Source: Pseudomonadota bacterium (GTDB lineage: Bacteria; Pseudomonadota; Alphaproteobacteria; UBA9219; RGZA01). From it: DNA of 32,075 nt. Under the pieces are notes generated by a model. The model ran no database searches and had not been told where the DNA came from. It worked only from the letters and a program-made list of their open reading frames with translations. The number at the start of each line of letters is the position of its first letter. Within the stretch, counting starts at the first letter, position 1. Below, in pieces: positions 22,844-30,126 of this stretch. The stretch spans positions 1 to 32,075 of the forward strand of contig JACQAB010000066.1 in assembly GCA_016195205.1 (NCBI GenBank). The letters run 5' to 3'. The position numbers and the translations under genes are program-made.

Positions 22844-23423
22844 ATTTCAATTCCCGATGTCGCTCCTGCCGCTGATGCGCGGCGGAGTGATGTTCCCCTG
22901 ATAAGTTTTCCGACTCGGCTTTTGATTAGCCTTTGTTCGCACGCCGAGTCGTGCCTGGGGGTCTAAGGGCCTGAATCGGTGGCTTTTTACCACCCCCTGA
23001 TAAACCCTGAATTGTTTCATTTCCGGACTGGACGAGCTTGTGGATAAAGTGTAATTTTTGCCGCAGTGCACGCAAAGTTTCTTTGTCGATCACAGGAATA
23101 TTCTTGTTTGTGCAGGAAAATTTGATCTAGGATTCCGCCACATTATATTTCCCCGTGACCGGGAGAAGGCCGTGTATTTAGGATTTCCGAAAAGAACTGT
23201 TGTCGGTGGCGGCGTCTTTGACGATGTTACCAGCTTTCGCTCCCGGCCCAGGCCAAACGAGGCCCCCATGGATACAAGCCTTGAACCAGCCAGGGTGAGT
23301 CGCGCGATGTCCGGGGCCGCCACCATCTCGGGCATGAGGTCCGGCGAAATAAATGGGCCTGCCTCCGTCACTTTCCATGCTCCGCGCCCTTCTCTCTTTC
23401 CCTCTCCCTTCATCCGCTAAAAT

Positions 23424-26138
23424 TTATTTTCTTAAAACCGCTCCCGCCGCCCTGTGCGCCGCGGCGATGATTTTTTCCGACAGCGCTTCCAGCTCCGCTT
23501 CCGTTAGCGTCTTCTCACGCGGCTGAAAACGCACTTCCAGCGCCAGCGATTTCTGCCCCGGCGCGACATTCGCGCCCTCGTACACGTCAAATACCTCCAC
23601 CCCGGCGATCAGCTGGCGTTCCACGGCGCGGATGGCCTTGACCAGCTTTTCAGCCTCCACCCCCCTGTCCAGCACGAAGGCGAAGTCGCGCCGCACTGGC
23701 TGCAGGTCGGGCAGCTCGAGCAGCGGCCTGGCCGGGCCGGTTTCTTTTAGCGGCGGCAGGGCCTCGAAAAACACCTCAAACCCGGCGGTGGCCGTTTTCA
23801 CTTCCAGCTTCTTCAGGATCGCCGGATGGAGTTCTCCGAAATGAGCCAGCACCGTGGCGCCCAGCTTGAGCACGCCCGAACGGCCGGGGTGATACCAGGC
23901 GGGCGCCTCGGCCACCGCCTGAAGGCCGCCCAGCGGAACCCCCACCGCTTCCAGCGCCGCCAGCGCGTCGGCCTTGGCGTCGAACAGGTCTACCGCGCGC
24001 GGCTCCACCGCCCAGTGGCGCGGCACGGCGAGGCCTGTGCGTAAGCCCGAGGCAGCCATGATCTGCCCCTCGGGCGCGGCGGAGCGGTAGATCGAGCCTA
24101 CCTCGAACAGGGCGGTGTCGGCAAAGCCGCGATCGGCGTTGCGCCGTGCGGCCATCAGCAGGTTGGGAAGAATACTGCCGCGCATGGCGTCCAGCTCGGC
24201 GCTGATGGGGTTCTGCAGAAGAATAGGTTGCGGCTCGCTCTGCGCTCTTATCTCGGCGCGACTACTCTGCGCTTCGCGCAACCGCGACTGCGCTGGCAAC
24301 CGCTCGCTCGCTAAAAAAAGCTTGGCAATAACGGACGGCATGAACGACCAGGTAACCACCTCCAGCAGCCCCCGGGCTGCCAGGGCCTTGCGCGCCGACT
24401 CGCGGCGGCGTTGTTGCAAATTCCATCCAAAAGAAACACCGTCATCCCAGCGCATGCTGGGATCCATGGCCACCGCCTTTCTGCCGGATAGGTTTCTGCC
24501 ATGGATGCCAGCCTTTCCGCCTTCGCTAAAGCTTCGGCGGACGGGCTCGCCCAGACCCTCCGTAGCTTTAGCGAAGGAGGGCGCTGGCATGACATTGCTA
24601 GATGGCAAAGACAGTGCCGGAATTTGATCAAATCCCCTCAGGCGTAAAATCTCTTCCACGCAGTCGGCCTCGCCCTCCAGGTCGGGGCGGGAGGAGGGAA
24701 ATGTTACCTCGAACCCTTCTTCTCCCCTCCCCTTGCCCTCCTTCGCCAAGGCTACGGAGGGCAGGGGGAGGGGAAATCCGGTCTTGCGTTTCACTTCACA
24801 GCCAACGGCTTCCAGTAATTTCTTTTGTTCGTCAGGAGGCACATCCAGCCCGCCGAAACTTTTGCAGCGCGTGGCGCGCAGGAACACGGTGCGGCTTGTA
24901 TCGGGCAGAACGCCGGCCACGATCACCTCGCTGGCCTCGCCGCCACAGGCTTCAAGGATAAGCTGGGTGGCCCACTCGGTCATTTCCACCATGATGGCGG
25001 GGTCGACGCCGCGCTCAAACCGCGTGCGGGCGTCGCTGATGATCTGCAATTTGCGCCCGGCGCGCGCAGTGCGCACGGGATCGAAAGTGGCGCATTCCAA
25101 AAACACTTCGGTGGTCATCTCGGTGCAGCCGGTCTCCATACCGCCCATGATGCCGGCGATGGCCAGGGCTTTTTCATCGTCGGCGATGATGGTGATGCTT
25201 TCATCCAGCACATATTCCTTGCCGTTCAGGGCCAGGAGCTTCTCCCCCGCACGGGCGGGGCGGGCATGCACATCGCCCTTCACCTTGGCGGCGTCGAACA
25301 CATGCAGCGGGCGGGCGGCATCAAATGTCAGATAGTTGGTAATATCGACTAGCGCCGAGATGGGCCGCAGGCCAATCGCTTTCAGCTTGCGCTGCAGGGC
25401 CTCAACCGATGGGCCATTTTTCAAGCCACGAAGGGTGCGGCCAATGAAGTAAGGGCAGGCGTTTTTGTCGGCGGGGCCGAAATCCAGTTTGATGCCGCGC
25501 GGGCTTTTGAATTTGCCTTTCACCGGCTGGGTTTTGCGCGGTTTCAGCCTGCCCAGGCCCGAAGCTGCCAGATCGCGCGCGATGCCGTAAACGCCGAAGC
25601 AATCGGGGCGGTTGGGGGTGAGCTTCACCTCGAACACCGCGTCATCCAGCTCCTGGGTGTCGACGAAAGATTTTCCCACCGGCGCGTCGGCGGGGAGTTC
25701 GATAATCCCTTCATGCTCTTCGCTGAGCAGCAGCTCTTTGGCCGAGCACAGCATGCCGCGCGATTCCACCTCACGGATTTTCGAGATTTTCAGCACCGTG
25801 CCGCTGGCCGGGATCACCGTGCCGGGCGCGGCGAACACGCCCTTCATGCCCGCACGGGCATTGGGGGCGCCACATACCACCTGAACTTTTTCGCGCCCTG
25901 TGTCGACGATGCACAGCTTCAGCCGGTCGGCATTGGGATGTTTCTCGGTGCTTTCCACATAGGCCACGATGAACGGCGCCAACGCCGCCACCGGGCTGGA
26001 AAGGCTTTCCACCTCCAGGCCCAGCCAGGTGAGCTTTTCGGCGATTTCCTTGGCGGAAGCCGTGGTTTCGAGGTGTTCCTTAAGCCAGGAGAGGGTGAAT
26101 TTCATGGAGTCCCGTTTTAACCTTATAGCCCGTTGCAC
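23424..26138 (-). CDS. pheT: Phenylalanine--tRNA ligase beta subunit
   Basis: 904 aa. N-terminal tRNA-binding domain (MKFTLSWLKEHL...HPNADRLKLCIVD), B3/4 and B5 regions, NPISAELDAMRGSILPNLL and a C-terminal anticodon-binding-like domain. It is roughly 100 aa longer than the beta subunits I remember, which is accounted for by three repeat insertions. Confidence 0.95.
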   Translation of the reverse strand: MQRAIRLKRDSMKFTLSWLKEHLETTASAKEIAEKLTWLGLEVESLSSPVAALAPFIVAYVESTEKHPNADRLKLCIVDTGREKVQVVCGAPNARAGMKGVFAAPGTVIPASGTVLKISKIREVESRGMLCSAKELLLSEEHEGIIELPADAPVGKSFVDTQELDDAVFEVKLTPNRPDCFGVYGIARDLAASGLGRLKPRKTQPVKGKFKSPRGIKLDFGPADKNACPYFIGRTLRGLKNGPSVEALQRKLKAIGLRPISALVDITNYLTFDAARPLHVFDAAKVKGDVHARPARAGEKLLALNGKEYVLDESITIIADDEKALAIAGIMGGMETGCTEMTTEVFLECATFDPVRTARAGRKLQIISDARTRFERGVDPAIMVEMTEWATQLILEACGGEASEVIVAGVLPDTSRTVFLRATRCKSFGGLDVPPDEQKKLLEAVGCEVKRKTGFPLPLPSVALAKEGKGRGEEGFEVTFPSSRPDLEGEADCVEEILRLRGFDQIPALSLPSSNVMPAPSFAKATEGLGEPVRRSFSEGGKAGIHGRNLSGRKAVAMDPSMRWDDGVSFGWNLQQRRRESARKALAARGLLEVVTWSFMPSVIAKLFLASERLPAQSRLREAQSSRAEIRAQSEPQPILLQNPISAELDAMRGSILPNLLMAARRNADRGFADTALFEVGSIYRSAAPEGQIMAASGLRTGLAVPRHWAVEPRAVDLFDAKADALAALEAVGVPLGGLQAVAEAPAWYHPGRSGVLKLGATVLAHFGELHPAILKKLEVKTATAGFEVFFEALPPLKETGPARPLLELPDLQPVRRDFAFVLDRGVEAEKLVKAIRAVERQLIAGVEVFDVYEGANVAPGQKSLALEVRFQPREKTLTEAELEALSEKIIAAAHRAAGAVLRK
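24255..24293 (-). repeat. 39-nt GC-rich element inside pheT, in-frame, in a different frame from hemF
   Basis: The reverse complement matches hemF 16016-16054 at 38/39. It encodes AQSRLREAQSSRA within ...FLASERLPAQSRLREAQSSRAEIRAQSEPQPILLQNPIS. Confidence 0.8.
24441..24580. repeat. Block of two palindromic elements inside pheT, in-frame
   Basis: gtcatcccagcgcatgctgggatccatgg (24441-24469) plus ccttcgctaaagcttcggcgg...ccgtagctttagcgaaggagg (24520-24580). Together they encode about APSFAKATEGLGEPVRRSFSEGGKAGIHGRNLSGRKAVAMDPSMRWDDG. Confidence 0.75.
24723..24774. repeat. 52-nt palindromic element inside pheT, in-frame
   Basis: tcccctccccttgccctcc-ttcgccaaggctac-ggagggcagggggagggga encodes about FPLPLPSVALAKEGKGRGE. 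Confidence 0.75.
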
Positions 26139-26173
26139 AGGCCGTTGCCTGACCTTATCCTAAGGAGCGATTC

Positions 26174-26686
26174 ATGCACACTCCCCAATCCGAACCACAA
26201 TCCCGCGCCGGTTCTTTGAACTGGGCCGCCTGCTCTTTATTCCTGAAAAGAGGCATGCCCTTGCTCTCTCGCGCCCTGCCTGATGGCCGTCATGACAGCC
26301 GTCAAGAAACGGTAGCCGCCTATCTTCTTTCCAGATTTGCGCGCGCGACACCCTCGATGGACACACGGCTGGTAAACGCCCTGGCCGGAGGCGAAGCCGC
26401 TTGCCGCTATTTCCGCGCCAACGGCAACAAGGCGACCGTCGTCGGCTGGTTCAGGCCAAAAGATTGTGCTCCCATAGCCGTCGCTGTCACCAGCAAGGGC
26501 AACAGGGCTTTCTGGTGGCACACCGACACTGCACCGGAAAGCCGGAGCGATATTCCCTTTGGCCAGCGCGGGCAGATTTATGAAATTGGCCACAAACAGG
26601 CGGCATGGAATCCCCACGCGGAACGAACCGCAGCCATTCTTCGCAGTGTTTTCTTCCCATCAGCCAAAATTACCACGCCTCATTAA
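26174..26686 (+). CDS. Hypothetical protein, paralog A
   Basis: 170 aa with a strong SD AAGGAG 6 nt upstream of the ATG. It is homologous to the next locus (ALP...SR...CRYFRANGNKATVVGWF...FWWHTD...TAAILRSVF). Confidence 0.55.
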   Translation: MHTPQSEPQSRAGSLNWAACSLFLKRGMPLLSRALPDGRHDSRQETVAAYLLSRFARATPSMDTRLVNALAGGEAACRYFRANGNKATVVGWFRPKDCAPIAVAVTSKGNRAFWWHTDTAPESRSDIPFGQRGQIYEIGHKQAAWNPHAERTAAILRSVFFPSAKITTPH

Positions 26687-26702
26687 AACAAAGGAGACTT
26701 CC

Positions 26703-27100
26703 ATGTATGCTTCAGATGCCCTGCCCCGTTCCAGAGTGCTTTTTCGTGAAGCCTTTACGTCTCTTCGTCTTGGCCTCGGACAAAATATGTCCGCAGCGTC
26801 ACCCTTCCTGTGGACTCGGCCTATTGCCGGGTTTTCTCGGACAACGGCCAGGCCGTGATCACCGGCTGGATGGATGCCGGCGACGGTATTGGCGTGATGC
26901 TGAGGCCGGGTGGGCCGTCTTTCTGGTTTTGGACCGACAATCATCCACGCAGCCTTGAAGATCTTCCCGAACTTGGCTCAAAACGCCTTATGGCGCTTGA
27001 CGGCCCTTCGGCCCATGGTCACGCCACCGCCATGGCCACCATCCTGAGACAACGCTTCGCCAGACGTTTTCCCGAACTCGCGCCCGGCCGCGCGAACTAA
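26703..27100 (+). pseudogene. Paralog B of 26174-26686, interrupted by a frameshift near 26800-26812
   Basis: A strong SD AAGGAGA precedes the ATG at 26703 (frame 0: MYASDALPRSRVLFREAFTSLRLGLGQNMSAASP...). This part is homologous to the paralog A N-terminus but stops at 26858. The homologous C-terminal part (DSAYCRVFSDNGQAVITGWM...FWFWTDN...MATILRQRF) is in the -1 frame (26810-27100). Confidence 0.45.
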
Positions 27101-27232
27101 TCTTGCGGACGACAGGCACTTTGCTACACAACGACGGCGTCCCACCCGCCGCGCCCGGCTGGATGGATTTAAACCAGCGGCCTCATCCCCTGGCCGAAGC
27201 CGCGGATCAAGTCGTCCGCCAGTCTTTTGCCA

Positions 27233-28492
27233 CTAGGTAATCACCACCGCGCGGAAATCATTCACATTGGTGCGCGTTGGGCCGGTGACGATGAGATCGC
27301 CCAGCTTCTCGAAAAATCCATAGGCGTCATTATTGGCCAGGTGATCGGCGGGCTTCAGCCCGGCCGTTTTGGCGCGCGCCAGCGTATCGGCCAGGAAAAT
27401 CGCCCCGGCGTTATCCTCGCTGCCGTCAATGCCGTCGGTGTCGCAGGCGATGCCGGAAATCCTTGCATGGCCCTGCGCGGCTATCGCCAAAGCCAGCAGG
27501 AATTCGGCGTTGCGCCCGCCGCGCCCGCTGCCCTTCAGCGTCACCGTGGTTTCCCCGCCCGACAGCAGCACGCAAGGCGCGAGTGCAGGTTGGCCATGCT
27601 CGGCCACTTGAAAGGCAATTCCCGCCATGGCCTTGGCCACTTCGCGCGCCTCGCCCTCAATCCGGTGGCCCAGGATGACCGGTGTTATCCCGTGCTGCCG
27701 CGCATAAGCCGCCGCGGCTTCCAACGCATCCTGCGGCCTTGCAATCAGGATATTTTCGGCACGCGCCAGGCAGGCATCGCCGGGCTTCACGCTTTCGCTT
27801 GCGGCTTTTTCCAGATGCGCGCTTACCGCCTTCGGCACGCTCAAAGCGTATTTGCGGATGACCGCCTTGGCGTTTTCCAGCGTGGTCGGATCAGCCACCG
27901 TGGGGCCCGAGCCCACCACCGCCGGGTCATCCCCCGGCACGTCGGAAATAATCAGCGTGACGATTTTCGCCTTGCCCGCCGCGCGCGCCAGCCGTCCTCC
28001 GGAGATGGCCGACAGGTGCTTGCGCACGCAATTCATCTCGTCAATCGGCGCGCCGCAGGACAACAAGCTCTTATTCACCGCGCGCAGGTCGTTCATGCTC
28101 AACCCCTCCGCCGGGCAGCTGAGCAGCGCCGAAGCCCCGCCCGACATCAGGCATAAAAGCAAATCCTCCGCGCCCAGCCCGCCCGCCAGTTTCAGCATGC
28201 GCCGCGCGGCCTTCTCGCCATTGTCGTCGGGCATGGGGTGACCCGATTGCATGACCTCGATCTTCTGCGTGGGCAATTCGTGCTTATAACGGGTGACGAC
28301 AAGGCCGCCGATCTTGCCACGCCAATGCGCCTCGGTGGTTTTAGCCATGGCGGCCGCGGCCTTGCCCGCGCCCAGCACCAGGGTACGGCCTTTCGGCGCT
28401 TGCGGCAGATGCGGCGGCAGCGTTTTTTCCGCGCTGACGGATGACAGCGCGGCATGGAAGATGCCGGTGAGAAAGGAGCGTGGTTCGGTCAT
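27233..28492 (-). CDS. Glycerate kinase, DUF4147/MOFRL family (often annotated as hydroxypyruvate reductase)
   Basis: 419 aa with VLGAGKAAAAMA, LLSGGETTVTLKGSGRGGRNAEFLLALA and ACDTDGIDG, the motifs characteristic of this family. Confidence 0.9.
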   Translation of the reverse strand: MTEPRSFLTGIFHAALSSVSAEKTLPPHLPQAPKGRTLVLGAGKAAAAMAKTTEAHWRGKIGGLVVTRYKHELPTQKIEVMQSGHPMPDDNGEKAARRMLKLAGGLGAEDLLLCLMSGGASALLSCPAEGLSMNDLRAVNKSLLSCGAPIDEMNCVRKHLSAISGGRLARAAGKAKIVTLIISDVPGDDPAVVGSGPTVADPTTLENAKAVIRKYALSVPKAVSAHLEKAASESVKPGDACLARAENILIARPQDALEAAAAYARQHGITPVILGHRIEGEAREVAKAMAGIAFQVAEHGQPALAPCVLLSGGETTVTLKGSGRGGRNAEFLLALAIAAQGHARISGIACDTDGIDGSEDNAGAIFLADTLARAKTAGLKPADHLANNDAYGFFEKLGDLIVTGPTRTNVNDFRAVVIT

Positions 28493-28499
28493 GAAACAA

Positions 28500-28570
28500 G
28501 TGATTGGTTTTTAGTGATTAGTTTTTAGTGGAATAACATCACTAACCACCAATCACTAAAAACTAATCAC
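28500..28570. repeat. Hairpin with a 31-bp imperfect stem filling the pheS-glycerate kinase spacer
   Basis: gtgattggtttttagtgattagtttttagtg / gaataacat / cactaaccaccaatcactaaaaactaatcac pairs at 27 of 31 positions (hand count). The arms are tandem GTGATTRGTTTTTA words. The last pheS codons and the stop lie in the right arm. Confidence 0.8.
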
Positions 28571-29657
28571 CCAACACTGAAAACCCATAATGCCGCAGCC
28601 AGCGCAAATCGGCCTCGAAGAAGGTTCTTAAATCGGGAATGCCGTATTTCAGCATCGCCAGGCGCTCGACGCCCATGCCGAAGGCGAAACCCTGGTATTT
28701 GGCAGGGTCGATGTTGCAATTGTTCAGCACCTTGCCATGCACCATGCCGCAGCCCAGCACCTCCAGCCAGTCGTCGCCCTCGCCGATTTTTATTTTGCCG
28801 CCGGGGCGTGAGCAGCCGATATCAACCTCGGCCGAAGGCTCGGTGAACGGGAAGTAAGACGGGCGGAAACGCACCTTCAAATCGGGCACGCCGAAAAAAC
28901 CGCGCAGGAAATCCATCAGCACGCCCTTCAGATGGCCCATATGGGTAGTCTCGTCGATCACCAAGCCTTCCACCTGATGGAACATGGGAGCGTGGGTCTG
29001 GTCGAAATCGCGGCGGAACACGCGTCCCGGCGCCAGGATGCGGATCGGCGGCTTGCTTTGCAGCATGGTGCGCACTTGGACGGGAGAAGTGTGAGTGCGA
29101 AGAACCATGGGGGCTTGGGGGCTTGGGGACTCGGGGTTCGAGCTTTCCAACCCCCCAGCCCCCGAGTCCCCCAGCCCCAGATAAAACGTATCCTGCATCT
29201 GGCGCGCCGGATGGTCAGGCGGCATGTTCAAGGCCGCAAAGTTATAAAAATCGCTCTCGATGTCGGGGCCTTCGGCAACGCTGAAACCCAGCGGCGACAG
29301 CAGCGCCACGATATCGGCGATGGTGCGGGAAATGGGGTGGATCGCGCCCTTGTCTTCCGGGCGCACACTTAAAGTGACATCGGCTTTTTCCGACATCAGC
29401 CGCGCATCCAGCGCCGCCGTGCCCAGCTTGGCCTTGCGCGCCTCGATCAAATTTTCCAGCTCGGACTTCAGCACGTTGATGCGCGCGCCGAAATCCTTGC
29501 GCTCGGTTTCCGGCAGGGTGCCCAGCGTTTTCAGAAGCTCGGTGACGCGGCCCTTTTTGCCCAGGGCCGACACGCGCGCCTCTTCCAGCGCGGCGATGTC
29601 ATTCGCGGCCTCGACGGCCTGCTGGACTTCGGATTTAAGGGTGGAGAGGTCCGTCAT
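28563..29657 (-). CDS. pheS: Phenylalanine--tRNA ligase alpha subunit
   Basis: 364 aa with ALGKKGRVTELLKTLG, HPARQMQDTFY, LRTHTSPVQVRTM, FHQVEGLV, FRPSYFPFTEPS and GFAFGMGVERLAML. It carries an in-frame repeat between DTFY and LRTHTSPVQ. Confidence 0.95.
   Translation of the reverse strand: MTDLSTLKSEVQQAVEAANDIAALEEARVSALGKKGRVTELLKTLGTLPETERKDFGARINVLKSELENLIEARKAKLGTAALDARLMSEKADVTLSVRPEDKGAIHPISRTIADIVALLSPLGFSVAEGPDIESDFYNFAALNMPPDHPARQMQDTFYLGLGDSGAGGLESSNPESPSPQAPMVLRTHTSPVQVRTMLQSKPPIRILAPGRVFRRDFDQTHAPMFHQVEGLVIDETTHMGHLKGVLMDFLRGFFGVPDLKVRFRPSYFPFTEPSAEVDIGCSRPGGKIKIGEGDDWLEVLGCGMVHGKVLNNCNIDPAKYQGFAFGMGVERLAMLKYGIPDLRTFFEADLRWLRHYGFSVLGD
29109..29178. repeat. G-tract/C-tract palindromic element inserted in-frame in pheS
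   Basis: gggggcttgggggcttggggactcgggg-ttcgagctttccaa-ccccccagcccccgagtcccccagcccc encodes GLGDSGAGGLESSNPESPSPQAP. It belongs to the same family, orientation and reading frame as the aguA copy. Confidence 0.8.
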
Positions 29658-29660
29658 GGC

Positions 29661-29728
29661 GGGACTGGGGACTGGGGACTGGGAACTTGAGAAACTTTAC
29701 TAGTCCCCAGTCCCTGATCCCTAGTCCC
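29661..29728. repeat. Inverted arrays of the heptamer GGGACTG in the rplT-pheS spacer
   Basis: gggactggggactggggactggg-aacttgagaaactttac-tagtccccagtccctgatccctagtccc. It ends 4 nt upstream of the pheS ATG, and a T-run follows on the + strand only. Confidence 0.8.
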
Positions 29729-29732
29729 TTTT

Positions 29733-30107
29733 TTAGGCGGCTTTCTTTTGGCTTTTCAGCGCTTCGCCGGCTTTCTGGGCGAGAGCGGCGAAGTTCTGCG
29801 GCTCGGCGATGGCGATTTCGGCCAGCATCTTGCGGTTCAGCGTCACCCCGGCCAGCTTCAGCCCGTTCATGAGGCGGGCATAGGTCAACCCGTGCTGGCG
29901 CGCACCGGCGTTGATGCGCACGATCCACAGCTTGCGGAACTCGCGCTTGCGGTTGCGGCGGTCACGGTAGGCATAGCGCAGGGCCTTTTCGACCTTCTCG
30001 ATGGCGATGCGGAAGCAGGTGCTGGCGCGGCCGCGATAGCTTTTGCCCAGCTTGACCATTTTGCGGTGACGGGCGTGGGTGGTGACGCCGCGTTTTACTC
30101 TGGCCAT
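29733..30107 (-). CDS. rplT: 50S ribosomal protein L20
   Basis: [29 protein letters not shown]...[25 protein letters not shown] is canonical L20. SD AAGGAGA upstream. Confidence 0.95.
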   Translation of the reverse strand: MARVKRGVTTHARHRKMVKLGKSYRGRASTCFRIAIEKVEKALRYAYRDRRNRKREFRKLWIVRINAGARQHGLTYARLMNGLKLAGVTLNRKMLAEIAIAEPQNFAALAQKAGEALKSQKKAA

Positions 30108-30126
30108 GGTTTTCTCCTTGAAATTA

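Noticed and set aside
24255-24774. Inteins, or a simple misassembly, as the explanation for the extra pheT length.
   Set aside because: The inserts are 13-50 aa, far too short for inteins, and lack the Cys/Ser...HN splice-junction motifs. The frame is preserved three times over, and the same elements occur elsewhere, which fits repeat invasion better. Misassembly cannot be excluded without the reads.
27227-28156. Long ORFs antisense to confident genes. Examples are the 309-aa + strand ORF opposite the glycerate kinase, and 1538-2119, 4502-5182, 5679-6377, 7234-7794, 12927-13592, 13608-14171, 15618-16319, 17660-18112, 18212-18826, 20473-20991, 24733-25335, 28932-29372, 29748-30134 and 30811-31323.
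   Set aside because: They are typical shadow ORFs of a GC-rich genome. Their products are R/G/A/P/H-rich and low in complexity, they lack SDs, and each fully overlaps a gene with unmistakable family motifs on the other strand.
29658-29732. A pheM-like Phe-rich leader peptide and attenuator upstream of pheS.
   Set aside because: The 75-nt spacer is almost entirely the heptamer hairpin. There is no short ORF with Phe codons, and no T-run follows the hairpin in the transcribed (minus) orientation.
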